Below, in pieces: positions 30,190 through 39,851 of a stretch of 64,000 nt of DNA. The position numbers and the translations under genes were made by a program. Each line of letters begins with the position of its first letter. Position 1 is the first letter of the stretch. The stretch lies in NCBI GenBank assembly GCA_030867685.1, contig JAQOWU010000007.1, positions 1,612,001-1,676,000 of the forward strand, given 5' to 3'. This stretch comes from Wickerhamiella versatilis (taxonomy: Eukaryota). The notes beneath the pieces are model-generated. The model was given only the letters and a program-made list of their open reading frames with translations. It was not told the origin of the DNA and ran no database searches.

Positions 30190-32091
30190 ATGTCGGCCCA
30201 CTCGACATTACTTCCTACAGCACAATCGGAATCCGATGGTGTATCTTCGCGTTATGTAGGGTCCCCAGCGTATCGTCGCCATGCGAGAAAGCGGAGTACG
30301 ACAGTCATTGTTGGGCCACGAGTGCCCTCAGGAGGCAGTGACGCGAGCGCGAGATCTCCCAGTCCTGAGCCGGGTTCTCTTGCGAAAGGAGCAGGGTCTT
30401 TAGTAGGTGCACAGATTGTTGCGAAGCTACTAACTTTTATTCTTAATCAAGCACTGTTGCGGTCCGTAGGCGCGGCAGATTTTGGTGGGGCCGCCCGCCT
30501 CGAATTTCTCGCTGCTACTTGCTTGAGTTTGTCTCGTGATGCAGTTAGGCTTGTCCAAGCCCGTCAAGGGCTCGAGGGAAAAGCTGGAGATGAGTACAGA
30601 CCCGATGGTGGTGCCGTGCATGGGACGCGGTCAGGGACGCTTCAAGAAACAGTTAACATGGGGTTTGTTCCCTTAATTTTCGGTAGCTTGATTGCTGCCA
30701 TGATATTCTTGGTAGTGGGTTATCGGGGAGATTTTATTCACCAAGCCTCAGCTGGTACCTATGGTGTAGCATGTGTGGTTGAGCTTTTTGCCGAGCCATG
30801 CTTTTTGTTGACCCAATTGCGTCTCCAGTTCAGCGAACGTGCTAAAATTGAGAGTGTTGCTGCGTTATCTCGGACGGTGGTAACGTTTTTGCTTGTTGCG
30901 ATGGCTCATGTACCTGCTGCACTTGGTTTTGCATGTGGACAGCTTGCGGCGGCAGCTACCTCGACAATTTTTTACTATGTGGCTGTACTAACCACAACTA
31001 GACGGGGCAACTTTCGCATGCATCCAGTACGGGTGTGGAGCGAAAGTAGTGATTTGAAGTTATGGCTGGACCCGGTGATGGCTCCGCTCGCTGCGGGTAT
31101 GGCAGTTCAACACATCTTCCGCTATCTTTTAATGGAAGGAGATAGAATATCCGTAGGCCTGCTCGTTACTCTCGAGGAACAGGGTGCCTATGCTTTGGCG
31201 GTTAACTACGGGTCTCTCCTCGCACGATTAGGCTTCTTCCCTATCGAGGAAACGCTTCGATCATATTTTGCACGCGTAATTAGCCTTTCTGATGCTGCTT
31301 CGGAGTCGCCAGCTCGCTCAGCGGCTCCTCCGGTGTCACCAGTGTCGCCGGTATCGCCTGTTCAACGAAGAAGGCGAGCTGCTTCCGAGGCAGCTGCCCT
31401 GGCGTCCTCTACTACGACACCCGGAAAAGCTGTGAATAAGGTCGCACAAACATTGGCGAGCGTGTTGCGGGTATACACATATCTCGGAATTTTGGCAGCG
31501 GGTGTGGGCCCTCTGGTTGCTTCGTACCTTCTGAGCATCGTGGTATCAAGGCAATGGGCAAGTACATCTGCGCCGCAGGTACTTGCTGCATATGCTACGT
31601 ATATACCAGTTATGGCTTGGAATGGTGCCCTTGAGGCCTTCGTTCAAAGCGTGGCAGAGCTTAAGGACCTTCGGCAACAGGGCAGTGCACTAGCTGGCAT
31701 TGCCCTAGTTTTCATTCTACTTGCATGGCTATTTTCTGAAGTTCTGGGGCTTGGTGCTATTGGCCTCGTATATGCACAGACAGCCAGCATGGCCCTTCGT
31801 GCTGCATGGTCGTTCGGATTCGTTTATAAGTACCTCCGATCTCATGGCCAGCGCTTGGAACTAAAATTACCATATTCTGTTACGACTATTGTCATTGGTG
31901 CAGTAGCAATCTCGCGTATCCTGGGACCGGTGACCTCATTTTTGCATTTTTGTGGCGTTGGAATCGTATGCCTCGCCGCAATGAGCGCTGCTGCATACGC
32001 AGAGCGGAAGCACATTCTCCAGCTGACCGATGAAAAAAGGCCACCGGTGGTACAGCTTCATAAGGAAACTTCTTTCAGTGAGGAAAAATAA
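30190..32091 (+). CDS. RFT1: Man5GlcNAc2-PP-dolichol translocation protein Rft1
   Basis: KLLTFILNQ, LSRDAVR, ELFAEP, LLMEGD, QGAYALAVNYGSLLAR..FFPIEE, YIPVMAWNGALEAF. The track start at 30187 is GTG. Confidence 0.92.
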   Translation: MSAHSTLLPTAQSESDGVSSRYVGSPAYRRHARKRSTTVIVGPRVPSGGSDASARSPSPEPGSLAKGAGSLVGAQIVAKLLTFILNQALLRSVGAADFGGAARLEFLAATCLSLSRDAVRLVQARQGLEGKAGDEYRPDGGAVHGTRSGTLQETVNMGFVPLIFGSLIAAMIFLVVGYRGDFIHQASAGTYGVACVVELFAEPCFLLTQLRLQFSERAKIESVAALSRTVVTFLLVAMAHVPAALGFACGQLAAAATSTIFYYVAVLTTTRRGNFRMHPVRVWSESSDLKLWLDPVMAPLAAGMAVQHIFRYLLMEGDRISVGLLVTLEEQGAYALAVNYGSLLARLGFFPIEETLRSYFARVISLSDAASESPARSAAPPVSPVSPVSPVQRRRRAASEAAALASSTTTPGKAVNKVAQTLASVLRVYTYLGILAAGVGPLVASYLLSIVVSRQWASTSAPQVLAAYATYIPVMAWNGALEAFVQSVAELKDLRQQGSALAGIALVFILLAWLFSEVLGLGAIGLVYAQTASMALRAAWSFGFVYKYLRSHGQRLELKLPYSVTTIVIGAVAISRILGPVTSFLHFCGVGIVCLAAMSAAAYAERKHILQLTDEKRPPVVQLHKETSFSEEK

Positions 32092-32266
32092 TGCGTAGTA
32101 AACTATACTGGGTAGTAGGATGCAGGAGCTGTCAGGATACTTTCAGTGCTTGTACCCACCGCAAAAAAAAACCACTTGTTTCTTGTCTACATTCTAATGG
32201 ATACTGATACATTTAAATTTCAATAAGTTTCATGAAAATAAAAAATAAACTTTAAGGGGATGTGTG

Positions 32267-32758
32267 CTATTCCCATGCAAGCTCAAGCTGTCGCTCATTG
32301 ACCATCGATGGATCAGGGACAAAGAGCTCGATTATTAGCTGGTCCAAAGCTCGAACTTTTGGGAAAGCATAGCGTCTATATTCCTCAAAAATCATTGCCA
32401 AACTCCAATTTTGAGTTCTTCTGAGACAACCTAGCACTGTGCCAGTGCGGTGCTTTCCTTGATTACAGTGAATGAGTAGAGGACGATTTGCAGGATTAAG
32501 AATTATCTCGAGTGCTCTCCGTATGTCGCCAACATCCATTTTTACAAAAGGTTCTTTGTTTCCCGCCATACCAACCTGGAATAAATTAATTCCGTTCTCT
32601 TTAATAAACGCGATGTTTTCTTCAGGATAAGGCTCTGGGAGGAGCAGAAGGATACTCTGTAAGTTCAGCACCTTCAGAAAAGGAAAATGCTCAGGCCTGG
32701 GGAAAGAACTGCGGTAAACACCCGTCTCGACCATAGCAAAATTACTTGGAACCTCCAT
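32267..32758 (-). CDS. SIW14: Siw14/Oca-family atypical dual-specificity (inositol pyrophosphate) phosphatase
   Basis: NFAMV..GVYRSSFP, GNKEPF, active site HCNQGKHRTG, FEEYRRYA. Confidence 0.88.
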   Translation of the reverse strand: MEVPSNFAMVETGVYRSSFPRPEHFPFLKVLNLQSILLLLPEPYPEENIAFIKENGINLFQVGMAGNKEPFVKMDVGDIRRALEIILNPANRPLLIHCNQGKHRTGTVLGCLRRTQNWSLAMIFEEYRRYAFPKVRALDQLIIELFVPDPSMVNERQLELAWE

Positions 32759-32900
32759 CCCACCTCAACTGGGGAGCACCTTTGAGTCAGCACAACTATA
32801 AATCTGTCGTAGGAAATTGGATAGTCGAGAAGAAAATATTAGGAGAAAGCGGGAAACCAGCAAAAATATAGAACCTTGAGAGGGATCATGTCACTTTAAA

Positions 32901-32972
32901 CCTGAAATTCCACTTGAAATGTCACTTGAAATGCCGCTTGAAATGCCGCTTGAAATACCGCTCGAAATACCG
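32901..32972. repeat. Minisatellite, six copies of a 12-bp unit (consensus CTTGAAATGCCG)
   Basis: cctgaaattcca / cttgaaatgtca / cttgaaatgccg / cttgaaatgccg / cttgaaataccg / ctcgaaataccg. Confidence 0.9.
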
Positions 32973-33190
32973 CTGATACAGTTTTTATTTAGGCGGGGGT
33001 TTCGTTTCCTAGTACATAATAAGAACTATGCTGAAAATTTCCAATGGCTCTAGAATAGAGGTTTTCTGTAACAAATTTATTCATAGCTTTCCTTAGACCA
33101 CTCGATCAGAAGCTTAGCCATGCTCCGACGCTGCCGACGCAAATCGAATTACATAATCAATACTACGATTCCAACCGGCCCGTAGCCAGA

Positions 33191-36100
33191 ATGCAAAGCG
33201 ATGAGAACGCTCTGCAGAAGACAAGGGCCAATACCACTAAACATGAGCCCATTAAAGGGGCTATGATTGCATTATTCTCGAAAATACCGCTCGTGCGGTC
33301 GTTAATGGACCTCAGTGAGACCAAAGTGAATCGAGCACCACGTAAACTTTATCACGGCCTTAGCATTCCTGAGGAGGAATTAGATCCAAAGACGGGACTC
33401 CCAAAAGCAAGGTACGCTACCAATAAAGTTCGCACCACGAAGTATACGCCACTCAATTTTATACCCAAGAACCTAATCTTTCAATTTCAGAGTCTTGCGA
33501 ATATATACTTTTTGGCGGTGGCAATTCTCTCTGCGTTCGAAATATTTGGTGTCCAAAACGCTGGTTTGGCCGCGGTACCTATTATCGCCATTGTGATTAT
33601 CACTGCCATTCGAGATGCCATAGAAGACTCAAGACGACAGATCCTGGATCTTCATCTTAACAATACAGTCACCTCGACACTCTCCGGTATTGCAAATCCT
33701 AATGTGGTGAAGGGTGCTGTTGGTCCTTGGAGAGCTACTAAGAAAGCATTCACACGAACCACACGCAAGATATTTTATCTCATGCAGGGCAAGAAGGACC
33801 CTCTCAGCATGAAAGAAGGGTCGGTTATTAGCGAATCTGTAGCAAAGATCCCGCTAGAAACGATTCCTTCAAATCGCACAACTCGTAAGAAATGTGGATT
33901 CCGGAAAACATTTTGGAAGGATGTAAAGGTTGGTGACTTTGTGAAGGTTCGTGAAGATGAAGGGATCCCCGCAGATATAATAGTTCTCGCTTCCTCAGAC
34001 CCTGAAGGAGAGTGCTTCATCGATACCCGTAATTTAGATGGCGAATCCAATCTGAAACCTCGCCTTTCGTGCCAGTGTACGCGCCACCTAAGGCATTCCC
34101 ACCAGCTGGCCGAATCACAGTTCTGGGTAGAAGTCGAAGGTGCCAACTCAAACCTGGGATCTTTTGGCTGGAGTCTTCATTATGGCCCTAAAACAGAATC
34201 GTTGGGTCCGGGAAACTTTATACCCCGTGGTTCAACTTTACGGAATACACGCTATGTGGTGGGCTATGTCGCTTATACGGGTGTAGAATCCAAGATTGTA
34301 CTTAATGCTGGTGAGACTCCTACCAAGCGCAGCCGGATTTCCAGCGAGCTCAATTTCTATGTTGCGATTTCCTTCTTGCTTCTGTTTTTGCTTAGTTTTG
34401 TTGCAGGCGTAGTTAATGGCGTCAAACTGCGTAATCCCCGCAATACTGCGTGGTTTTTTGACTATGGTTTGAATGCGAAGAATGCTGCGCTCACCGGATT
34501 CGTCAATTTCTTTGCGCAACTCATTGTTCTTCAAAATTTGATTCCCATTTCATTGTATATTTCGATTGAAATTGTTCGCACTGTCCAAGCGTTCTTTATT
34601 TGGTCGGACCTCTCACTTTACGATGATAAGTCCGATTATCCGTGCACGCCTAAAACTTGGTCCATTAGTGATGATTTGGGACAAATCGAATATATCTTTA
34701 GTGACAAAACTGGTACTCTAACCCAGAATTCAATGGTATTCCGCAAGTGCGTCGTAAACGGCGTTCCTTACGGTAAATGTTTTACGGAGAGCACATTGGG
34801 TCGTATCAAACGTGAGGGAGGTGATGTAGAACATGAAAGATCTATTATCGAGGCCGAAATTTCATCCGAACGAGAGGAGATGCTTTCTATGCTGGCCAAA
34901 AATCGTCACTTGGATCCATCAAAGATGCAACTTGTATCTGCGGCCCTGGTGCATGACTCCTACGGCTCATCCGGATTAGAGCAACAGGATTATGTCGAAA
35001 GATTCTGTATGGCTTTAGCCTTATGCAATCAGTGCATAGTGGATGAGGGGGTAATCAAAGCAGAGTCGCCGGACGAACAAGCCTTGGTCCAGATGGCAAG
35101 TGACCTTGGCTTTTCTCTAACTCGCACGGAGAAGCACGCAAAATGGGTAGATGTTCGAGGCCGTGTGTTGAAGTACGAACTGATCGCAGACATCATGTTT
35201 TCTTCTCAGCGCAAGCGCTCCACAACGATATTACGCGACGAGAATGGTCGGGTATTTGCCCTCGTTAAGGGTGCAGATAGTGTTATATTGCCCCTCTTAT
35301 CTTCTAACGCTGACGCCACCTCGAAATGTTTGGACGGATTTGCTGCTGAGGCTCTGCGAACACTCGTCGTAGCAACCCGAGACCTGGATCCTGAGTGGGC
35401 TGTGGGCTGGGCTAAACGTTACGTTGATGCCCAGGCCAGCCCGGACCGTGAGAATGCAACAAAGGTAGTCGCGGAGGAAGTAGAGCGCGATCTCACGCTA
35501 CTTGGAGGAACTGGTATTGAAGATCGGCTTCAGGAGGACGTCCCTGATACGATTGCCAGCTTGATGCATGCTGGCATCAAGCTGTGGGTTCTGACGGGTG
35601 ATAAGGTCGAGACAGCAATCTCGATCGGTTACTCTTGTAATCTGCTAGAGCCAGGAATGGATTTGCTTGTTGTCACAAGTCCTGAAGCACTCGCAGAGAA
35701 CCTTGATAAGATGGGCTTGACAGTAGATAAAAAGACCATGGCAAAAGCAGCGGCAGATCACCACCCAGCCCGGGGTAATTATGGTCTAGTAATTGATGGT
35801 GCGACTCTTGATAGCTTAGTTCAATCCACGGAGTATTTAAACCAGTTTGCCTTACTAGGTAAGAGGTGCCGTGCCGTACTTTGCTGTCGAGTTTCACCCT
35901 CCCAGAAGGCTGCCGTGGTGCACATTGTAAAGTCAATATTTGACGTTGTCACACTAGCTGTGGGTGATGGGGCAAATGACGTGTCTATGATTCAAGTTGC
36001 AGACGTTGGTATCGGCATTGCTGGTGTTGAGGGACGACAGGCGGCTATGTCTGCTGATTATGCCATCGGCCAGTTCAAGTTTTTGAAACCACTCATTCTG

Positions 36101-36916
36101 TTACACGGTCGTTATTCATATCTTCGCGTGGCTGAGATGACGGCTTTGCTGCTTTACAAAAATTTTGTGTTCTCCTTAGCCTTGTTCTGGTATGGCATTC
36201 CCTCCCAATTCGATTCTTCATACTTTTTTGACTACACCTACCTTACATTGTTCAATTCTGTGTTCACATCACTTCCGGTTGTTTGCTTGGGAATTTTGGA
36301 CAAGGACCTTCCTGAGGACCTTCTACTTAAAAATCCTCAACTTTACTCGAAGGGCATCTTGCGGAAGGCTTGGACACCGTTGAAGTTTTGGATATACGCC
36401 GCTGAAGGCACATACCAGTCTGCTATTGCATTCTTTTTTACCTATTCGATATTCTTTTCCGGAAGGTTTGCGACTATGAATGGGCACGACACGGGTTACC
36501 GTCAAGCCATGGGTGTCTTTGCCGGAAGCTGCTCTGTTATGGTGTGTAACCTTTTTGTTCTCATTGCCCAATATAGATGGGACTGGATTTCGCTGTTGAT
36601 TAATGTTTTAAGCTCCATTGCAATTATTGCGTGGACGGGTATTTACACCTCTTTTATTACGTCGAACTTCTTCTTTAAGGCAGGTGTGCAGGTATTTGGG
36701 TCTCTTGACTACTGGGCCTACCTCCTACTCTCAATTATCATCGCAATTCTCCCACGTTATTGTTATTTATGCGCCCAGAAGTTCTGGTACCCTGAGGATG
36801 TCGATATTATTCGAGAGGATGGAAGACAGCCCTCGGCACCGAAAGTTCCTGAGGCTGAAACGCCTTTAAGCGATCCAGATAAACCTGAGCCGGTAAAATA
36901 CGGCCAGGAAATATAA
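33191..36916 (+). CDS. DNF1: P4-ATPase phospholipid flippase, Dnf1/Dnf2-like
   Basis: TTKYTP, LDGESNLK, PISLY, DKTGTLT, KGAD, LTGDK, CCRVSP, GDGAND. PCTPKTWSISDDLGQ is typical of the Dnf1/2 clade. Confidence 0.9.
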   Translation: MQSDENALQKTRANTTKHEPIKGAMIALFSKIPLVRSLMDLSETKVNRAPRKLYHGLSIPEEELDPKTGLPKARYATNKVRTTKYTPLNFIPKNLIFQFQSLANIYFLAVAILSAFEIFGVQNAGLAAVPIIAIVIITAIRDAIEDSRRQILDLHLNNTVTSTLSGIANPNVVKGAVGPWRATKKAFTRTTRKIFYLMQGKKDPLSMKEGSVISESVAKIPLETIPSNRTTRKKCGFRKTFWKDVKVGDFVKVREDEGIPADIIVLASSDPEGECFIDTRNLDGESNLKPRLSCQCTRHLRHSHQLAESQFWVEVEGANSNLGSFGWSLHYGPKTESLGPGNFIPRGSTLRNTRYVVGYVAYTGVESKIVLNAGETPTKRSRISSELNFYVAISFLLLFLLSFVAGVVNGVKLRNPRNTAWFFDYGLNAKNAALTGFVNFFAQLIVLQNLIPISLYISIEIVRTVQAFFIWSDLSLYDDKSDYPCTPKTWSISDDLGQIEYIFSDKTGTLTQNSMVFRKCVVNGVPYGKCFTESTLGRIKREGGDVEHERSIIEAEISSEREEMLSMLAKNRHLDPSKMQLVSAALVHDSYGSSGLEQQDYVERFCMALALCNQCIVDEGVIKAESPDEQALVQMASDLGFSLTRTEKHAKWVDVRGRVLKYELIADIMFSSQRKRSTTILRDENGRVFALVKGADSVILPLLSSNADATSKCLDGFAAEALRTLVVATRDLDPEWAVGWAKRYVDAQASPDRENATKVVAEEVERDLTLLGGTGIEDRLQEDVPDTIASLMHAGIKLWVLTGDKVETAISIGYSCNLLEPGMDLLVVTSPEALAENLDKMGLTVDKKTMAKAAADHHPARGNYGLVIDGATLDSLVQSTEYLNQFALLGKRCRAVLCCRVSPSQKAAVVHIVKSIFDVVTLAVGDGANDVSMIQVADVGIGIAGVEGRQAAMSADYAIGQFKFLKPLILLHGRYSYLRVAEMTALLLYKNFVFSLALFWYGIPSQFDSSYFFDYTYLTLFNSVFTSLPVVCLGILDKDLPEDLLLKNPQLYSKGILRKAWTPLKFWIYAAEGTYQSAIAFFFTYSIFFSGRFATMNGHDTGYRQAMGVFAGSCSVMVCNLFVLIAQYRWDWISLLINVLSSIAIIAWTGIYTSFITSNFFFKAGVQVFGSLDYWAYLLLSIIIAILPRYCYLCAQKFWYPEDVDIIREDGRQPSAPKVPEAETPLSDPDKPEPVKYGQEI

Positions 36917-37335
36917 GCCAATCAAAGAAAAAAAATGTATAACTGTTTTACTAGAAACGATACACACAATCAATCAAACACTTAACATCTATTTTTAATT
37001 ATTTCCATCTTTGATTATTCTTAAAAGTTCATATTCTTAATAACGCAATGCCTTTTAAACCCCTTACCTGTGATTTTCTAAGCCGCGCCAGATTGGCGTC
37101 ACAGACTTCGAGAAAATCGGAGGATAGTCAATTAGAGAAGTTATTTGGAAAAGTTAAATATTAGCAGGGATTGTATCTTTAAATGTAATGGGCAGTACAC
37201 ATAGAGTCAGGGGGTTTTGAGGGTGGCTGAGACTAAATACCCGTTTAGTCAGATACGCGCCTCTGGTATAGGCTGACATAGAGGCATTTCTCACAAAGAT
37301 TATCCGTCATACATATTTTGCGTTGTTGGTGAAAG

Positions 37336-37686
37336 ATGTTGATTCCTCGAAAGAACAACAACGTTGTATGTTACAATGGTCAAACTGACTGTTACTACGA
37401 GAGTCACAATCCATTCCAGAGATGGGGTCGATGGGTTCTTCTGGCAGCATTGGTCGCCGCTATTATTATCTGTGTTTTCCTGGCGGGCTGGCTTATGAGC
37501 CTTCGTCGTATGCGTAGTGGTTTGCCTCCAGTTCCGGGGTTCGCTTGGATGTTTCCGAATCCCTACAAGAACCAGAGTCGGAAGGAACTCGAGGCATCCC
37601 GAGATTTCGAGGCGGGTGATGTACAATATCCATACTACCAGGCTTCGTCAGATTTCAACTCTGAACGCGACGAGAGAAAAATATAA
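37336..37686 (+). CDS. Rcr1-like single-pass membrane protein, copy A
   Basis: Short Cys-containing N-terminus, GRWVLL, TM helix, RR..G..P..G.AWM; homologous to the two following ORFs. Confidence 0.7.
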   Translation: MLIPRKNNNVVCYNGQTDCYYESHNPFQRWGRWVLLAALVAAIIICVFLAGWLMSLRRMRSGLPPVPGFAWMFPNPYKNQSRKELEASRDFEAGDVQYPYYQASSDFNSERDERKI

Positions 37687-38101
37687 TGGCTTGGTTTGGT
37701 CGAAACTTATTCTATATTCTGCATGTAACATATATTAAACATTCCACTGGGTGGTTTTGACAGGAAGGGGCTGGGATATTTAGTCCATGAGGGCTATTGA
37801 AGAAGTATTTTAGTGCGTAGGGTGGCGGGAAGTATTAAGTGCACGCTCGGCTTAGGTGCTTCCTTGAACCGAAGGAAGAAACACCGGATATGAACATGTT
37901 CAGTATGGCTAGGAAAAATCTATATATATTCTTATATTCTTATTATTATAGTTATCGTTGCTATTAGAACAAGTGAATCAAGGAAGATCAATCTCGGTGG
38001 TGTGGATTACTGGTTGCAGTCACAACTGCATCAAGATGGGTAGTCCGATCTTGCCCTACTACTAAGCAGAACTGGGAACCCGGCCATAGGGCTTTCGTGC
38101 C

Positions 38102-38530
38102 ATGTCCGATAGTGACTGCTCAGATTCTCTGTCGTGTGAATCGGCAGTAGAGTATGGTCGCTGGGGGGCAATTGTAGGGATATTCTTCGCAATCATAGTG
38201 GTCTTTCTTGCAGTTTGGTTCTACTCACTGCGACGGGCAAGATTGGGCCGGCCGCTCATGGGAACTAGCTGGATGCTTCCTCGTGCTGTGAATATGCAAG
38301 TTGATCGAGAGCAAAACCCGGAGTCAGATCCAGTACCGACTTATCATGAACGGCCAGGAGAGGGGGATGCTGGTTATTATGATGAACATGGCAACTTTGT
38401 TGCGTTCGAGCCGCCTCCTTATGTTCCCAAGCCGCCAGATAAGGCTATTGTACACCATAGACTACATGAAGGTAGAACATTGGCGGACGCTCCAGAGGAG
38501 GTGGAGCTATCTAGCCTGACACGAAACTGA
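38102..38530 (+). CDS. Rcr1-like single-pass membrane protein, copy B
   Basis: YGRW, TM helix, RRARLGRPLMGTSWM, VPTY, DAGYYDEHGNF, PPPY. Confidence 0.8.
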   Translation: MSDSDCSDSLSCESAVEYGRWGAIVGIFFAIIVVFLAVWFYSLRRARLGRPLMGTSWMLPRAVNMQVDREQNPESDPVPTYHERPGEGDAGYYDEHGNFVAFEPPPYVPKPPDKAIVHHRLHEGRTLADAPEEVELSSLTRN

Positions 38531-38880
38531 ACTCAAGCGTCAAGTTTTTTTTTCCGCCTCCACTCACCCACTCACCACGCATTTTGTAACACTGTTTCAT
38601 GCATTTGCTATCCATATGTTTCATTAAAATTATTACGAGGAAGTCCTGATATGACGATACCGAATTTGTTGTGACGAGCCATAATACGGTTTAAACTTTG
38701 AATTGTTTCCCTTCTCCTAAGAGAACCGTAAGAATGTTAGGCTAGTTGTTTTTTGTTGCCTTAAACTAGAATACTTCTCAATTTTAAAGTCGAATATGAA
38801 CAAAATGCGTACAATCAGGCCTTATTGGCGATATATCACTTCCAGCATGATGCAGCGTTATATAATATCAGACTCATACC

Positions 38881-39546
38881 ATGGTGGGTTGCGCATGGTA
38901 CGACAATTGTAACGGCTATTCGGAAGGAGGTTGGTATGACTATGGGCGCTGGGTATTGCTGGCAATCATAATTTTCCTTGCGCTTGCTGTTACCTGGGGT
39001 GTGAGAGTGTTTAGCATGAATAGGGTTCGTCATGGACGAAGCCCACCCACAGGTACAGGCTGGATGGTGCCTCCCAGTTATTACCAGAGCCAGCAGCAGT
39101 ATGGCAATCCAATAAACTCTGCTCCCCCATACAATCCTGCTATGGGCGACCAGGATGCAGGATATTACGATCAAAGCGGTAATTTTGTTGCCAAGCCGCC
39201 GGTGGCGTATCATAGCGAAAATCCTTATGATAACAACGAGCAGGAAACTGGTACTGCACCTGAGCATGTTTCTGGACCGGGGCAGTATTATCCGCCTGAA
39301 GCGCACTCAGAAAGACCCGTCAATGGGGTCGATGGGTCTCAGGTAGGTCCACCACCGGGTCCTCCTCCGGGACATGCCCCTGTAGATAATAACGAAACTG
39401 GAACGTCTTCTGGAGGCTCAAACGGAGCCAACGCGGTTAACAATATTGCGTCTCAGGCAGGACCACCAAGTGGGCCACCGCCAAGCAGCGGATCCGAAGC
39501 ACGTGATGCATATTATCCACCTCCAAGAGCAGCCCCTAAGTATTAA
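38881..39546 (+). CDS. RCR1: Rcr1/Rcr2-like Rsp5 adaptor, copy C
   Basis: YGRWVLL, TM helix, GTGWMVPPSY, DAGYYDQSGNF, Pro-rich tail (PPPGPPP). Confidence 0.82.
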   Translation: MVGCAWYDNCNGYSEGGWYDYGRWVLLAIIIFLALAVTWGVRVFSMNRVRHGRSPPTGTGWMVPPSYYQSQQQYGNPINSAPPYNPAMGDQDAGYYDQSGNFVAKPPVAYHSENPYDNNEQETGTAPEHVSGPGQYYPPEAHSERPVNGVDGSQVGPPPGPPPGHAPVDNNETGTSSGGSNGANAVNNIASQAGPPSGPPPSSGSEARDAYYPPPRAAPKY

Positions 39547-39851
39547 TATGGGGGATGTCTTTTGTATTATTTCCGATTTAATATTCCTCCACTCAAAACT
39601 TTTTATTTCTCTCTCGTTAGTCGATTAGATATGGCAAGCTAGATACCACAGTACACAGTCTTAATGTAAATTCTAGTCAAGTTCACAAATATAGTAGATA
39701 ATTTTGGGGTAAAAACGTTACGGACGCTTGGAAGTATGTGTGTATCGGTAATAAACTAGATAAGTCATCATGGAAGTTATCTCAAGAGCATTTTGGGCTA
39801 GGGCGGTTTTACTGTGAAGATCATCGTTTGACGAATCCTCGCACATCCAAG

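Noticed and set aside
32901..32972. CRISPR-like array
   Set aside because: The units are contiguous 12-mers with no spacers, in a eukaryotic context with no cas genes.
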